Shown here in pieces: positions 48,458-61,258 of a DNA stretch of 64,000 nucleotides. The notes under the pieces were generated by a model, which saw only the letters and a list, made by a program, of their open reading frames with translations, was not told the DNA's origin and ran no database searches. The DNA lies in the NCBI GenBank assembly GCA_020891255.1, contig BQFW01000001.1, positions 2,790,001-2,854,000 on the forward strand, in the 5' to 3' direction. The first letter of the stretch is position 1. The number at the start of each line of letters is the position of its first letter. Position numbers and translations under genes: made by a program. This DNA is from Entomortierella parvispora E1425. Taxonomy: Eukaryota; Fungi; Mortierellomycota.

Positions 48458-49351
48458 CTAGATCTTGATCTCGAACGAGGTATCGCATCCACAAGAGTGC
48501 GCTGCGTGGGGGTTGGCGAGTACCTTGAACGCAGATCCGATGAGCTCCTCGATATAGTCAATCCTGGATCCACTGATCATGGGCAATGTGATTGTGTCGA
48601 TTACTACGCGAGCATCATCCTTGACAAAAAGACTACAAGAATTCAACGCGATAAAAGGGTGTAAAGGGGAAGAGACATGTTAATAATGCACGATGTTCAC
48701 TCGACGGTCAATGACAAAAGGCTCATTCATGAAAATCAACATTACACGTCGTCCTCGTTGATCTGGTCGGTAAGATCCAGCAGGTATTGATATCCATGAC
48801 ATCCACCAGAGTCCACTGTGATTCTGAGTGCTTGAAGTGGGTTCTTTTCCCTGGTAGCAATGTGCTTCAATTGCTGTTGGGGAGATCATTCAAAAAGAAA
48901 AATATTAGTCATCCCTACGTTAAAAAACCCCACAACAGATCGAAATAAACATATCGACGCTGCAGAAACACTTTCAGGGCTTTTGTCGCCTTGATACCTT
49001 GACAGCTTTGTCTGTGATCTCCACGGTCAGTTCCTTTCCTGCCTCGTCGTACTGAGTGTTGTGGATCTGGAGCCCTGGTACCGTTTCTGTCACAGTCGAG
49101 TTTGCAGGTACAGCAGAGGCGACATTGCTACTCCAGCGGTGCTGAACCGTGGCAAAAGTGGGAGTCAGAAGCGAGCGATTTCCTGTCCGTACGGTAGTCC
49201 TTGCCATTGCTGATGCAGCTGATGACAAGATGGCTCCTCTCCGGACATTGGTCGAGAATGGCCGAGATGTGGTCGAGACTGCGGAGAAGGCTGGGCGAGT
49301 GATCGAGGAGGTCCGGACCAGACGAGAAGCGCATCGGAAGCAAGGGTTCAT
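48458..49351 (-). CDS. ISA2: Mitochondrial Fe-S cluster assembly protein Isa2 (A-type carrier), 3 exons
   Basis: Arg/Ser-rich presequence; ITDKAVK|QLKHI...LRITVDSGGCHGYQY; GSRIDYIEELIGSAFKV...SCGCDTSF. Confidence 0.93.
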
Positions 49352-49761
49352 TGTATATGGGTTTCTTCTTTGACTGTTGACGGCTGTTGTGATGATGCAA
49401 AACGGTGGATGGAAGAATGCGGAGTGCGGAGCGGATGCGGATGGATGCGTGAAGAGAGACGAGAGGAGAGAGAAGAGCGAATCCCGAGAAGGGGATCTTT
49501 TCTTTGGTCACGTGCGCTGGCTGACACCTTGCTTGGGTGTTGGTGTTTGGTTTGATGGTGTGCTCATGAATTCCTTTTTTTTTTTTTTTTCTTTTTTCTT
49601 TTTTCTGTCTTCTTTCTTCTTTCTTCTTGTTCATTCCCATCCAGTCAGTCCGTCTGTCTTTCAGTCACGCATCCATCCATCTGTCCACAACACAGCAAGA
49701 GTCGCCCAGTAGAACTACAAGGACAAGCGAATCAGACGGATCTGACATTACTGCAATCACC

Positions 49762-52700
49762 ATGTCCGGCCCCCCAGTGGATCTCGACGCCCTTCGTGCG
49801 GCGCTATTTCTTTCCAGGAAACAACAACAACAACCGCCTGCACCACCACCCCCTGCATCCCCTCTCACTCCTCCCACTCCTCCTCCTCCTCCACCGCCAC
49901 CACCACAGACTACTCAGCCGCCCCCTCCACCCCCAGCCTTTAATGCACCATCACCCCTGAGGCACCCAACATCGATACCGCCAGAAGGTAAGAGCTTGCT
50001 CATCGACAGTGTTGTAAATAGTCTGAATTGAGTCCTGACAATCCATTGATGATAGATACCATCCCAGGCCTTGGTCGACTGCCGCAGCAACAAAAACAGT
50101 GGCAACAACAGCAGTCAGCACCATCGCGGCCACATGACATGGAAGATGGCGAACTGGCAGAAGAGGATAGAGGGTCGACCTCTGTATCTGCATCGGTCAT
50201 GATAAAGCCCAGCCTCACCTCGTTGGCCCCTTTACCGTCACCTATCCCAGAGCCTCCACAGCGGCCACGAACTATCACACAACCTTTATCGTCAGCAGAA
50301 GCATCACAGCGGCCGCCGTTTAAAGCCTCACAGAGGCATGTTCGATCCAATGCAGCTACCGGAAGAGACAGGGACAGAAACCACCAGCATCCTTATGAGA
50401 GTCTGGCTGCCCCAGATCCAGACTTCAACGTGTTGATTGCCGAGTACCAGATGCAAAAGGCAAGGACGGAGGAAAAATCCGCGAAATCCGGCGAGACTCC
50501 CACAGTATCTGATATTCCAGGCTTGGGCCATGCCTCGCATCCTAAGCAAGGCGCCCAGTCTTTCCGACAGAATTCTCCTGCCCAAAATACGCGGCTGTAA
50601 GTTGAGTACTACGATGGAAGGCTCAGCTAGGACGGTGCTATTTTCATAAGATTCAACTAACCTGCAAACCACATTTCTCTTACAGGCTGAACAGACAACG
50701 GCCAGCAACTGGAGGAAACCATTTTACTCAAAGAAATGGAGGTCAAAATACCTACACGCCATTCTCGCCCCACTCACAGCCCTCATTGAACCATGGACGA
50801 CACGGAAGTACGTTTCAGTCGACATCTCTGGAAAGTGCTGCACGAGTGCCGTCGATGCCTGCGCACCTTCCACGTAAGTCATTTGTGCTGGCGCTACACC
50901 CTTATTTGGAGATGATTATGGGTAGTGTATGTTAATACCACGTTGAATTGGGATAGAAGCCACCGACGAGCGTGTCTATGCCCTTGTTAATGAGATTCTC
51001 AGCCATCAAGATGTTGACCCCAACCTTTTTGCCGGCATGGGCATTGACATGGCGGTTGTAAACCATGTAATGAGACAGCGGAGGGCGAACATCCAGCCCG
51101 CTCATGGTCAAAGATGGATCCAGGAATCACAAACAATACCCCCGCATGCACAACACAATATCAGTACGTCGACAAACCCACAAGGCTTTCCAGCAAACAG
51201 CCATGTCGCTTATCAGCATTCTCAATGGACACCTCAGCAACACCAGGTGCCGAATCCTCAGCACCAACAACAACAAAACCATCATATTCGATTTCCAACA
51301 TCGCCACAACCTGCGCTTCCACCCCCTCCACCTCCGCCGCCTGTTCCCGCTCCTCCAACTCAACTCCATCTGCCATCAACAGAGAATATGTCCCATGAGA
51401 ATCGATTGGAAATGATCTTGGGTCTTGCGTCTCAGATCATGCCAGGATGGCAAAACTTGCTGCAGAGCATGTCGCCAAGTGCCGCAGCTGCCTCTGTGTT
51501 TACACCGAGTGCCCCTGTATCGATAAAAGCAGAGGAAACTGACGATGGACCACCCGCTTTGACGATGACGGCGCGCATGGACTCTACTACGGAAAAGGGC
51601 GGTGACGATACTTCTTATCCAACATCGAAATTCGGCGACCTATCAATATCTGTTCAGAAGCCAGCGCAAGCGACCAATGCCCCTAAGGATTTATTACAAG
51701 CGAACCTTTCCATTGCCCAAAATACCCACTCTATCAAAAACACGCAGACATCACCGCAGCCTCCTGTTACGGCCTCACGTTCGCCTCCAGTTCAAACACA
51801 ACCGTCAAAATTCCCACCTTCATCAAACGATACAATCCCAGACGCTCTTCCGATTTCCAGGGCCACCTCTGTGCCTGAGGGACCAACAGGAAGCGTCAAG
51901 GCAAACATGGAAGCAACAGAGGGGAGCGAGAGTTCAGTTGAGGTGCAAACACGTGAAGGATCGACAGACTCGCAGGACGACATGGACTTGGATCTGGACG
52001 ATGGCTTTGTTGAATCTACTATTCTCGACGGATCCTGGAAGACAACTATAGAGCCCCCCGCGACCCTCAACTCTGTACAAGCAGCTCCTATGCCTTTTCA
52101 TTTGATCCGAGTAAACGACATTAGGAGTAGTTTTCAACTGGAGACTCAGTCTGCGCCTCCAGTAATGTCAAGCCCATCAGGGCGACCATTTGGACACTCA
52201 GAGTTTCCATTTCCGATGGCAACATCACGCCCCCAGCGGGCGGCACGACGAGCCACCGCAATGGATTTCATCTCTCGAGTCCAACAGCCCATCCCATTTG
52301 TATCCGAAAGAGCACTACCCTATCTTATCGACTTGGACGATGAAGATGGCGACGAGCTTGGTCATGAACCCAGACACAGTACTGCATCAGACCACTTGTA
52401 TGCTGCGACTTCACGATCAGGATCTGAACGCCCCCGTCAACCCCTCTCATCGTTGGACGCCTTGCAGCAAAAGTTGGACGACCTGAACAATCGTATTCGT
52501 GCCAAGGAACTTCAAAAGCAGAGCTCGGCTGCTTTGACACAATCATCTCGACCATCATCTCGACCATCATCTCGACCAACATCCCAACCCACTTCTCGAC
52601 CAGCATCTCAATCCCCAGTGTCTGTGCAATCCGTGACCGTTATACAAGGAGATTTGACCTCAGAAGCGCCAGCAACTAAGGGAGTCGAGGACGAATGTGA

Positions 52701-55700
52701 TGAGCTTCGATCTTCACTGAACGAACATACAAAGGACCTGGATCTGCTCCGAACATCGATGATTGAGGATGAGCGAGCTATAGCACGCGCTGTAGACGAT
52801 TTAACAGCTGGGAAGATCGACGTTTCGATGGAATCAATTACTATTCAAGAGAGGGAACAAGATGTGACGGCCGCGAGGGCTACTGTGGCGCTCAAACTTG
52901 AGGAGCTCAAACAAGCAGAGGCATTGTTGAAGGAATCCGAACGACTTTTACATTCCTCACAGCAAAAAAAACAAGTCGCCGAAAAGACAAAAAAGTCGCT
53001 AGAGAGCATTGTGGAAGCAGCGAACACCAAGCTAAAAGAGAGAAAGACCTTGGCTGTCGATCTACAGCGAGAAATCATCCGCAAGCGTACTCGACTCATG
53101 ATTCTAGAGCCCAAACTAGGTGTTGCTCCCTCTACAAAAAAGGATGAGGTCCAAGTGGATTCACCTGCGCAGTCTACCTCCACATCAGACGTGGATCAAG
53201 AAATAACTGAAGAAGAAACTGGTACGTGATGGCTTGTTGTGACTGAACTTGTTTTCTCTTTGGAATGATGTGTCTGACAACATGTCATTGTTTGTCTTGG
53301 ACGTTCATCAGGTACCAAAAGGAACAGCGATTCGTTGGACCAGGCACCTCCGCCTGCAGCTGTAAAGAAACCGAGGGTTCACGCTCAGGAGGAATTCATG
53401 GCCCTCACAAAGAAGATGCAGGACTTGCAGAATGAACTCCAACGCTCCAAGAACTCACCACAAACAGCCACGCCGTCGACTCTTGCAAAATCGTCTGGCC
53501 CAAACAACTCGACAGTTGACCGTCGACATGAAAAGAAGGCGTCCTTACCTCAGTCGGAAATGCCCCTGGCACCATCTGCTGCCATTACGCCACGGTCTGC
53601 GCCGTTGAAGTCGATTCTCAGCGGCGCATCTGCTGTAACGAAAAGCGCGCCCACAAAGTCCAATACCAAAACACTCACCAAGCTCGATGAGTTTCTGGGC
53701 CAAACCAAACGTCTTGCGAACAAGCCCAATTCCGGCACAGTTTCTCCCAGTGACGCGGACCGTTTAAAGTGGAAGTCTGAGGCAGGAATCAGTCCACTTG
53801 TGTGTATAGACTCTTGTCTGTTCGAGTCTGGCCAGCTGTGTTTACCTACAGAGCTGATTCCATACACGATCCCAGATGACAAGTCTGCGGCGCGTGCCAT
53901 TGCCCCACTCACGAACTCTGCAAGTTCAAATACCCTGTCTGGCGATGATTCAGTTTATCGATCACCGCTATCCATATTCCGGTCATATCGATTCTCATCC
54001 AGATACATCGACACTATTGCTGGCGGCTATCGTTCGTTAACTTTTAGCAACAAGATCAACCCTCAGTCCAAGATGTGCCTGTATGAGCTGTCTGGTGGAT
54101 CTTGCAACGACGACACGTGCCTATCTCAACATATTCGGGACTGTGGACTGACAGACGACGAACTTGTCATTGACATGGCACGGTATTCTGAAGGCACCAG
54201 CCCTGAGCAACGTCAGGTCTTTGCAGACATGCAATCTGCCAAACTTTCTCACCTCCGGGCATCTGGAATCCATAATGCGAATCTCTTGGTGGACTCGATT
54301 GTCAGAAACCATCGTGACTTTCTCAACGATGGCTCACGCTCCATAAAGTTTGGTGAGCGCGTTGTGATCAAGGATTCGAATGAAAAACTGGAATCGCAAA
54401 ACCCTCAAGGACACTCTGGCATTGGAGCCATCGACCACCTTCTTCGCGTCTCCAGATCACACCCTCCAAAGCAACATGACATTCCTATCAAGATGGAGAT
54501 GATTTCAAAGAGACTGGATGGATCACCATCAAAGACCAGCAAGCGGTACCATGGACTCTACACGCCGGAAGACTATGAGAAGCAACTGCGTATGGAAGGG
54601 TCAAAGGAAGAACTGTGGATTGACTACGCCATGTCAGTCCTCGCTCAGGAGTCTACAGCGCCAGAGGACGATAACGAACCCATTGTGAGGACACTGCAGA
54701 TTCTTGCAGAAGCCTTGAGTTTGAACCCCAAATCAGAGCGACTTTGGAGCTTGTACATGGACTTGTATGTCGAGCGCGATGGAGACAATGAGACCCGCGC
54801 AATGTTTGAGGACTGCCTCTATCAAGTCCCCAACTCACGTCTATTGTGGTTTAGGTATGCCTTGCTTTATCTTGTTGTCCAATGGAGCGGTGGAGCGACA
54901 AATATGTTGAAGATGCTAATTCTCTATCGTCACCGATGGATAGATACTACCTCTTTGGGCAGGATATAGGCTTGGGCGCGTCTATCCTTGACAGGATGCT
55001 TGCTGGAGCTTGCATCGAACCTGTGGAGGCTAGCGAGGATAAAGTCCTGCGATCTCGATATATCGTGGATGTGGTTCTGCAAACTGTCAAATCTCTCGTC
55101 ATGGAAGGAACAGTAGAAGGAGCTAAAAACTGGATGCAAACGTTCCTCACATGTGGATCTTGGGACGCAGTTCAGCCATCCCAACTCTGCCAGGATGACG
55201 TTTGGGAGGAACGAGATATGGTCGAAGATATGGGGTCCACATTTGCTGCAAAGGTGCTTACATCAAAAGACCATTGCATCTTGTGGATGTCATATGTACA
55301 CCTTATTTGGTTCCACGAGCTGCCTTCGGAGCTTTTTTTGGATCCACCAAACGGCTATCTCTCGGATGAAAACCTGTTTCTCATTCGCTGGCCTACAATT
55401 GAGGAATCCGAAGAGGAGAACGAGCTACATGGCATCGTCCATGAGATATTCATCGGACTGACCTTGCACTATATGGAAGATGCCGACGCCCGACCCTCCC
55501 TTGTGACAACTCTGAAGAACTCTGTGGGATTCCTTATGGCACGTGGATCGGCCATGGAGGAGGTCTTGGAGCTAGTTAACCCTTCCAATTTCCCGGATTC
55601 AATTCAAGAGATCAGGGACTTGTATGGCCAAGTTCTGATGGTAAGTATCTTTGCTTTATTTGTTTTGGAGCTCGAGGGACAGGCTGCTGACCCCCCCCCC

Positions 55701-57069
55701 CCCCCTTTTTTTTTTAAGCGCTTTGGACAACCAGAAGAGGCAAAGGCTACATTGCGTCAAGCATTGGCAGAGACGTCGACTCAAAGCTATCTCTGGAATC
55801 GATATGCTCGACTCCTCTCCGGCTCTGAACAAGTAGCAAGCCTTGAGGCCTGTGTATTTGCTTACTTTGAGTTGCCGGATGCGAGTGCAGAGGATCTCAG
55901 TGGTCGACCTGAGTTCGCTACGCTCCTGTACAGGAAGCTTCTAGGCCTCGAGCTGCCCTACGCCACTCAATTGCCCCGGGAGCGCATTGATATCTCGACA
56001 TGCAAGTCAGATGTGTTCCTGTGGCTGAACTATCTGTCCTTGCTGACTATTCGAGGCTTGGTAGATGAGCTCGAAATGGCCCTGCCTCTCGCTCTGGAAA
56101 AGCTCAGCTCGGAAAGCAAGGCCGTTATCCGACTTGAGTAAGTCCATACGTTTGACATCAGCACGCAAGGGTTCCACGACAATATTTCTCTAACTCTTTT
56201 GCTGTACTACTTTGTGCTTGTATTAGGATGGCCGTTCATGCAATCATGAAAGAGTTGGGTACTGGTCTAAGCAAAACTTTACCCTCTGCCCTGGGCTCTA
56301 TTGCTGTGAGTCGTCCCAATCCCTATGACATGTACTCTTCTCAGGTTTACAGGGTCAACTCTCTAGATGACTACAGGCTGTTAGATCAGATTGTGGACAA
56401 ATTGTGGCGACACACTGAGAATGGACATAGCCAGATGCGAGTGGACATGATGGATCTCCTCCTTCGAATGTACCCCAACAACCCTGATATTTATCTAAGG
56501 TAAGAAAATGTCCCTTGAAAACGCACCATTGCTGGTATATTTGTTTTCTCGGCCTTTAACACCTCTGCACTCCATGCCTAGGTTGGGAGAGGCTCAAGAA
56601 GAGGCAGGAAATCTAGAAGAGTGCAAGAAGGTTTACGTGGCTTGCCTCCAACGATTCCCGGATTCGGAGCACATCTGGAAACGGTTTGTGATTCTTTGCT
56701 ACTAGAATACCTCTGTGAGCTGACAAGAATGTGATGCCAATGACTTTTCTTATTCCTCCTCCGGGCCACGTCTCTATTGGTCGCTCTGCTCTTTATAGAG
56801 TATCGCTGCTTTTCGCCGATCAGCTCTCGAGAGATGTGTTGAATAGGACAACTCTCTTTACCCCAATGGCGGTGAAGAACATGAGGATGGTAACATGAAG
56901 TGACAGAACAAGAGACGGATTTGCAGGCAACCACAAAAGACAAAAAAAACAGACTGACGTCTTTTTTTGATTCGTTATTCCATAGCTTGGCGGTGGATCA
57001 AGTGAGCGACAGGATACAGCAGATGCGTTGTCTCCCACAGAGACCGAGGAACAGGACATGGATATCTAA
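49762..57069 (+). CDS. ZFC3H1/Red1-like nuclear exosome adaptor (zf-C3H1 plus C-terminal HAT/TPR-like repeats), multi-exon; 3' exons tentative
   Basis: YRSPLSIFRSYRFSSRY...SLTFSNKINPQSKMCLYELSGGSCNDDTCLSQH is the zf-C3H1 signature. It is preceded by a coiled coil and followed by HAT-like repeats (ELWIDYA, SERLWSLYMDLY, SRLLWFRY, SEHIWKR). Confidence 0.8.
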
Positions 57070-57964
57070 GCTCTCCGACTACAGACCTCCTCTTGCTATT
57101 GATATTTTTTTCCCATTTGTTTTGGAGGCGTTTACAGGAGTGGCCCTGGTCGCCGAACATTTTGTACATATTTTGAGGCAGGTGGAAAGTAAGATTACAA
57201 CTGAATCGAGGCATGACTTGTGCCCAATATCCTTCCTTTTCTCCTCTCGACATCCACCATCTGACAAAAAGACAACCGCATCCAACAAAAAAAAAGGAAA
57301 AGAGTCATGATGATCTTGCTCTTGCTAATAGCTTTATCTGCTCCCGTAGTTTGTTTATTTGCAAACATTCGAATAGGTCTTTACCGACTCAGTTGATCTC
57401 AATCTCGAGTACGAAGGTGTATTCTTCATTCATAAGTTGAATCTGTTTCCAAGCTCTGCCGTACCACTTTTTTTTTTTTTTTGCATCTCCCCTTTCCCGA
57501 TCCCTCCCCTTCCCCCATTTTTAGTCCTTGTTGTTTGATATGTGGTGACGAATGTGTAAGAAATGTTCCAACATCTGACGCTGAGCGGTCAGCAAATCCC
57601 AAGGAGAATCCCCAGTCGCTTGCCAGTTTGCTCCTCCATGGACCTTTCAACAAAAAACAAGTAAAGCAATCCGCAGGAGTTTTCATACACTGCATTTTTG
57701 GCTCCACCTGGATCATCGCGATCAAAATAGAATGAAAAAATAAACGAAGATCATCCGAAAAGAAATATTGCTCTAGTTCGCTTTTTTGTTGCATCTCATT
57801 GTCCATTGTTGAAGGTGCTTGGCCCTGGATTGAAACACCGAAAAGGGTGGATCCCAAATGTGCCTTCGCCCATGATCCGTCGCGTCGTGTCGCACCCGCG
57901 TTTTTTCTTTTTTTTTTTTTTAGTTGTCAAGGAACTCCAGGGCACCGTTGAAGCTCATCTTTAT

Positions 57965-59251
57965 CTAACTTTCCCTTATTTTCTCTCTTCGGATGCGCTG
58001 CTTCAAGGCAACCTTGGGTTCGATGGCACGGAGGATCTCCAAGGGAATCTTCTTTGGTGGCGGCTTTGGATGGTTATGGTTTCCTACATTACATATCTTG
58101 ATGAAATTCTCGCCGGCAATGTGATGCAATCGTCACATCTGATGTAGGAGGGCTTGCAACCATGTGTAGGGCAATCCGCTTGCTCAATTGGAGGGTGGAC
58201 ATCTTTCCTTTTCGGCTCGGGCGTTTTTGGTCGCTTTGTGAATCCACAACCCGGATCCTTGTCGCAATAGTACACACCTACGCAGTGTTTATAGTATACC
58301 ATCTTTAAGACCGGGGCTGAGGCATGTGTGGCTTGATGAAATAGTTCTTTCTTGGATTTTCCTTCAGCACCCTTCAACCGGATCCACTTTTCCCCCCTGA
58401 GCTCAAACAGATACTGCGAACTAGTATATGTAGCCCACCCAACACTGCGAATATCGCGAGGAGTATCGCCGGGTTGAATTGAGCGGATCTTGATGTCGTT
58501 TCCATTTGGAAACTCCGTAGTCGATACATGATTAAATGTCTTCCTGGCTCTTGATGACGAAGGAGTCTGCGTGGCCGCAGTAAGAGGGTCACTGGTTGGA
58601 CACTCCTTGACTGGAGACTCGCTGTCTGGAGACTTCAATGAGACTTCGGTATGACTTAATTCGACCTGGGCGGCTCTCCCGGGAAACGGACTATGCCTTG
58701 GGGAATCAGGGTACTCAGGGCACATAGACATCGACTCCTGACTCCAATAAACAGACGCCGCCCCATCATCCGCCTTCTAACCGACGCCATGAACATAAAT
58801 GAATACAAAGCTTATTAGAAATGAAACGCCCACACGCCAAGTTATATTTTCAAACCTGTTCAACAGGTGCTACCTCCGGGGTTGGTGATGCTTGGAGAGG
58901 TTGTCCCACGCCTTTCAGGTATGGGGTTGGAGTAGGTGATCCAGGCAGTTTATCTGGCACTTGCTTTCCCTGCATATTAAGATGGGACTGTAAGACAATT
59001 GCGAGATGTTTATCGTTCTGCAACCAGAAATGGTGAAGTTGTACCTGGAAAAGAGGATATATATTCCGCGCAATTTGCTGCCCCAGTCGAACGCAACGGT
59101 CTCCATCCAGAGGTCCACTAGATGCAGCAGTGGCTAGGCACTTGATGATGTACTCTGTAATGGCAGCTAGAAGCTCTTCACTGGCCCGACGGTGAGCAAC
59201 ACTGGCTTGACGAAGAGCAACAGCGGCCCTCCTTAGACGGTCTTCAGACAT
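57965..59251 (-). pseudogene. GCM-like (WRKY-GCM1 fold) zinc DNA-binding domain protein with a frameshift before the terminal His ligands
   Basis: ORFs 58850-59251 and 58084-58731 join in frame through GT-AG intron 58777-58855. Motifs GWA...YKHCVGVYYC...C...KRP...CPTHGC....IRC are followed, in another frame, by GNHNHPKP (HNH at 58070-58078). These parallel recalled GCM motifs (GWA; KKSCLGVVVC; LRP; CP.C; GEHDHPKP). Confidence 0.55.
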
Positions 59252-59312
59252 GAAGGAAAGCAGACAGAGCCAAAAAAAAAAAAAAAAAAAAAAAAAAGCT
59301 TAAGGGCTTCGG

Positions 59313-59352
59313 TGACGTCATAGGAAGCAACGGCGGCTAACTATCACGTGAT
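59313..59352. promoter_or_regulatory. CRE (TGACGTCA) and E-box palindrome (ATCACGTGAT) upstream of tRNA-Leu
   Basis: TGACGTCA at 59313-59320 and ATCACGTGAT at 59343-59352. Function is inferred. Confidence 0.5.
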
Positions 59353-59398
59353 TAGCTGTGGTCAAAGACGGCTGAGAATTAATACAAAACATGAATCT

Positions 59399-59481
59399 GG
59401 AGAGATGGCCGAGTTGGTCTAAGGCGCCGCGTTAAGGCCGCGGTCTATTCGTAGGCGTGGGTTCAAATCCCACTCTCTTCA
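59399..59481 (+). tRNA. tRNA-Leu(AAG)
   Basis: Acceptor stem GGAGAGA/TCTCTTC plus A; anticodon arm CCGCG-TTAAGGC-CGCGG; long variable arm; T-arm GTGGG-TTCAAAT-CCCAC. T-runs follow downstream. Confidence 0.95.
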
Positions 59482-61126
59482 CTTTCTTTTACTCCTCAGC
59501 GGAGTACCTCTTTTTTTTTGCCAAAAACTCCACTAGCGTGTCTGCCCGTGGCATATGCCCCGGGACCGCTCTCTGGACCGTCGAATTTTTTTCATCCTAT
59601 CCACCGGTATGTAATTGGCCAAGACAAAAAAGATGATGGGAGAAGAGACGAAGGTAAGAGGAGTTTGGATGATGGATTCAGCGGGTACGATTGGAATTTG
59701 GTTCGGAGCGGATGGTTTTTTGGCGCGACAAGGCTGGTGACAAGACTTGGAGTTGCAGGACTATCAACCCCGGGATAGTAGACATGCTTTTGTCAGGTAG
59801 GTCGGTAGGCTGGCAAATAAGAGAAAGAAAGGTTGGTGGTTGGAGAGGGCTCAGTGAGGATCAGTGAACATGTCAAAGTCGTCGAATTCATTTTCTTTTT
59901 TTTTTGTTGTTGATCGATCGGACAAGTCTCCAACATCCCAACATCCTTCTTTTTGAGCAATCCTACATCCTACACCAGCTGGATCACTAGATAGTTTTCG
60001 GACAGCCCGGTGAGTCCCTGGGTCCCTATCATCATTCACAATTGAGACCGATTATATGACTATTGTATAATATTATCTAGGACACGCCTCTTGCACTCTG
60101 ATCCAACGATCCAGTCCCGAATGGCGACGCTTCTTGTGTATAGCGTGGATGAGACGGTTATGGGACCATCAGCATTCCTTGTATTTACCTCGCCTCCAAG
60201 ACGCAGCTTCACATTTTTACGCTTCTCATGCATTTAATAATTCCGCGCCTCCGCGAAGGCATACTATCGGCCCCTATAAAAGAGGTCCCAGTCCTGAGAT
60301 GTACTGTGCTTCCTCATCCCGACGACAGCGCCCTAGTGGTCAGTCGGGGTCCTCGTCTTTCCTCTCCCTCCTCTACCACAGACGAGTCAGCGCCAACACT
60401 TTAAAAACCATTGTTCCGCCGCCAATAGTTCCTGCTGCAAAGCCTTCCCTCACCAGCACCATTGCGCGGATATCAAGATGCAAGATGAGTGCGTTTACCG
60501 GCTCATCTCGACTCAATTCGTCTGGGGCAAAGCACTGCCCTGCCGTAGATAGAGCCCATCGCTTTTTGGAACGTCCTAAAAAGTCTGAGAGTTTCATGAT
60601 GCCTCAAGCAGCCTTTTTTTTTTTTTTTTTTTTTTTCTGGATCAAACGAGAAATAAACATTGCTTGGATCTGAATTTTGTTTGACGGTTGGAGCCAAAGT
60701 GTACACAAAAAAACAATGGTGTCGCTTTAGACGCGAACAGAACGCGAAAAAAGCCCCTTGTACACACAAGTGCTGTGTCAGCTGCAGCCAAAAAAAAAAA
60801 AAAAAAAAAGAAGAAGTCGAAGAGACAGTAGCTTGCCACCCAATGTTCAACTGTAACACTTATCCCTGCCCCTGCTGTCAGGCTAGTCCAGTTTTCGAAG
60901 AATTCTCGATTGCTCAATGGCTCCTCCCTTCTTCTCGCTGGAAACAAGAGGATCAGGTTTACCGTCCGCCATGTTCGGACATTTCGGCCACAGGGGTTGT
61001 CAACGAATGATAGTTAGAGAATGGTCAGGTCGACAGAAAAGCGACCCAAAAAAGAAAGTTCTCTCCTGGTCGGCGGATAGATCAAAGGGTTACCTTCGGG
61101 GGGTTCCAAAAACAAAACAAAAGTGA

Positions 61127-61155
61127 GAACTCATCAGGAAGATCCTGATGAGCCC
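61127..61155 (-). other. Hairpin in the 3' trailer of tRNA-Met
   Basis: Perfect 10-bp inverted repeat (61130-61139 / 61143-61152, 3-nt loop). It extends to 13 bp, including two G-U pairs, in the tRNA sense only. Confidence 0.75.
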
Positions 61156-61165
61156 GCAAGTCCTA

Positions 61166-61238
61166 TGCTCTCTGGCAGGTTCGAACTGTCGACCTTCAGA
61201 TTATGAGACTGACGCTCTGCCAACTGAGCTAAGAAAGC
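61166..61238 (-). tRNA. tRNA-Met(CAT), elongator type
   Basis: GCTTTCTTAGCTCAGTTGGCAGAGCGTCAGTCTCATAATCTGAAGGTCGACAGTTCGAACCTGCCAGAGAGCA. It has G1-C72, a U31-U39 pair and a TTCG T-loop, which mark the elongator rather than the initiator type. Confidence 0.95.
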
Positions 61239-61258
61239 TAGGAAGGATTTGATGACGA

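Noticed and set aside
59270-59297. Long poly-A or poly-T runs (here and in many introns) as possible retroposon tails
   Set aside because: They are ubiquitous in introns and intergenic DNA of this window, with no TSDs or associated element bodies.
59500-61100. Several 60-180 aa ORFs between tRNA-Leu and tRNA-Met
   Set aside because: No recognisable motifs; they are interrupted by stops and poly-A/T runs. A decayed gene cannot be excluded without tBLASTx.
61130-61165. CTGATGAG on both strands of the tRNA-Met trailer hairpin suggested a hammerhead ribozyme core
   Set aside because: Neither strand has a stem II followed directly by the required GAAA, and CUGAUGA is buried in the hairpin stem.
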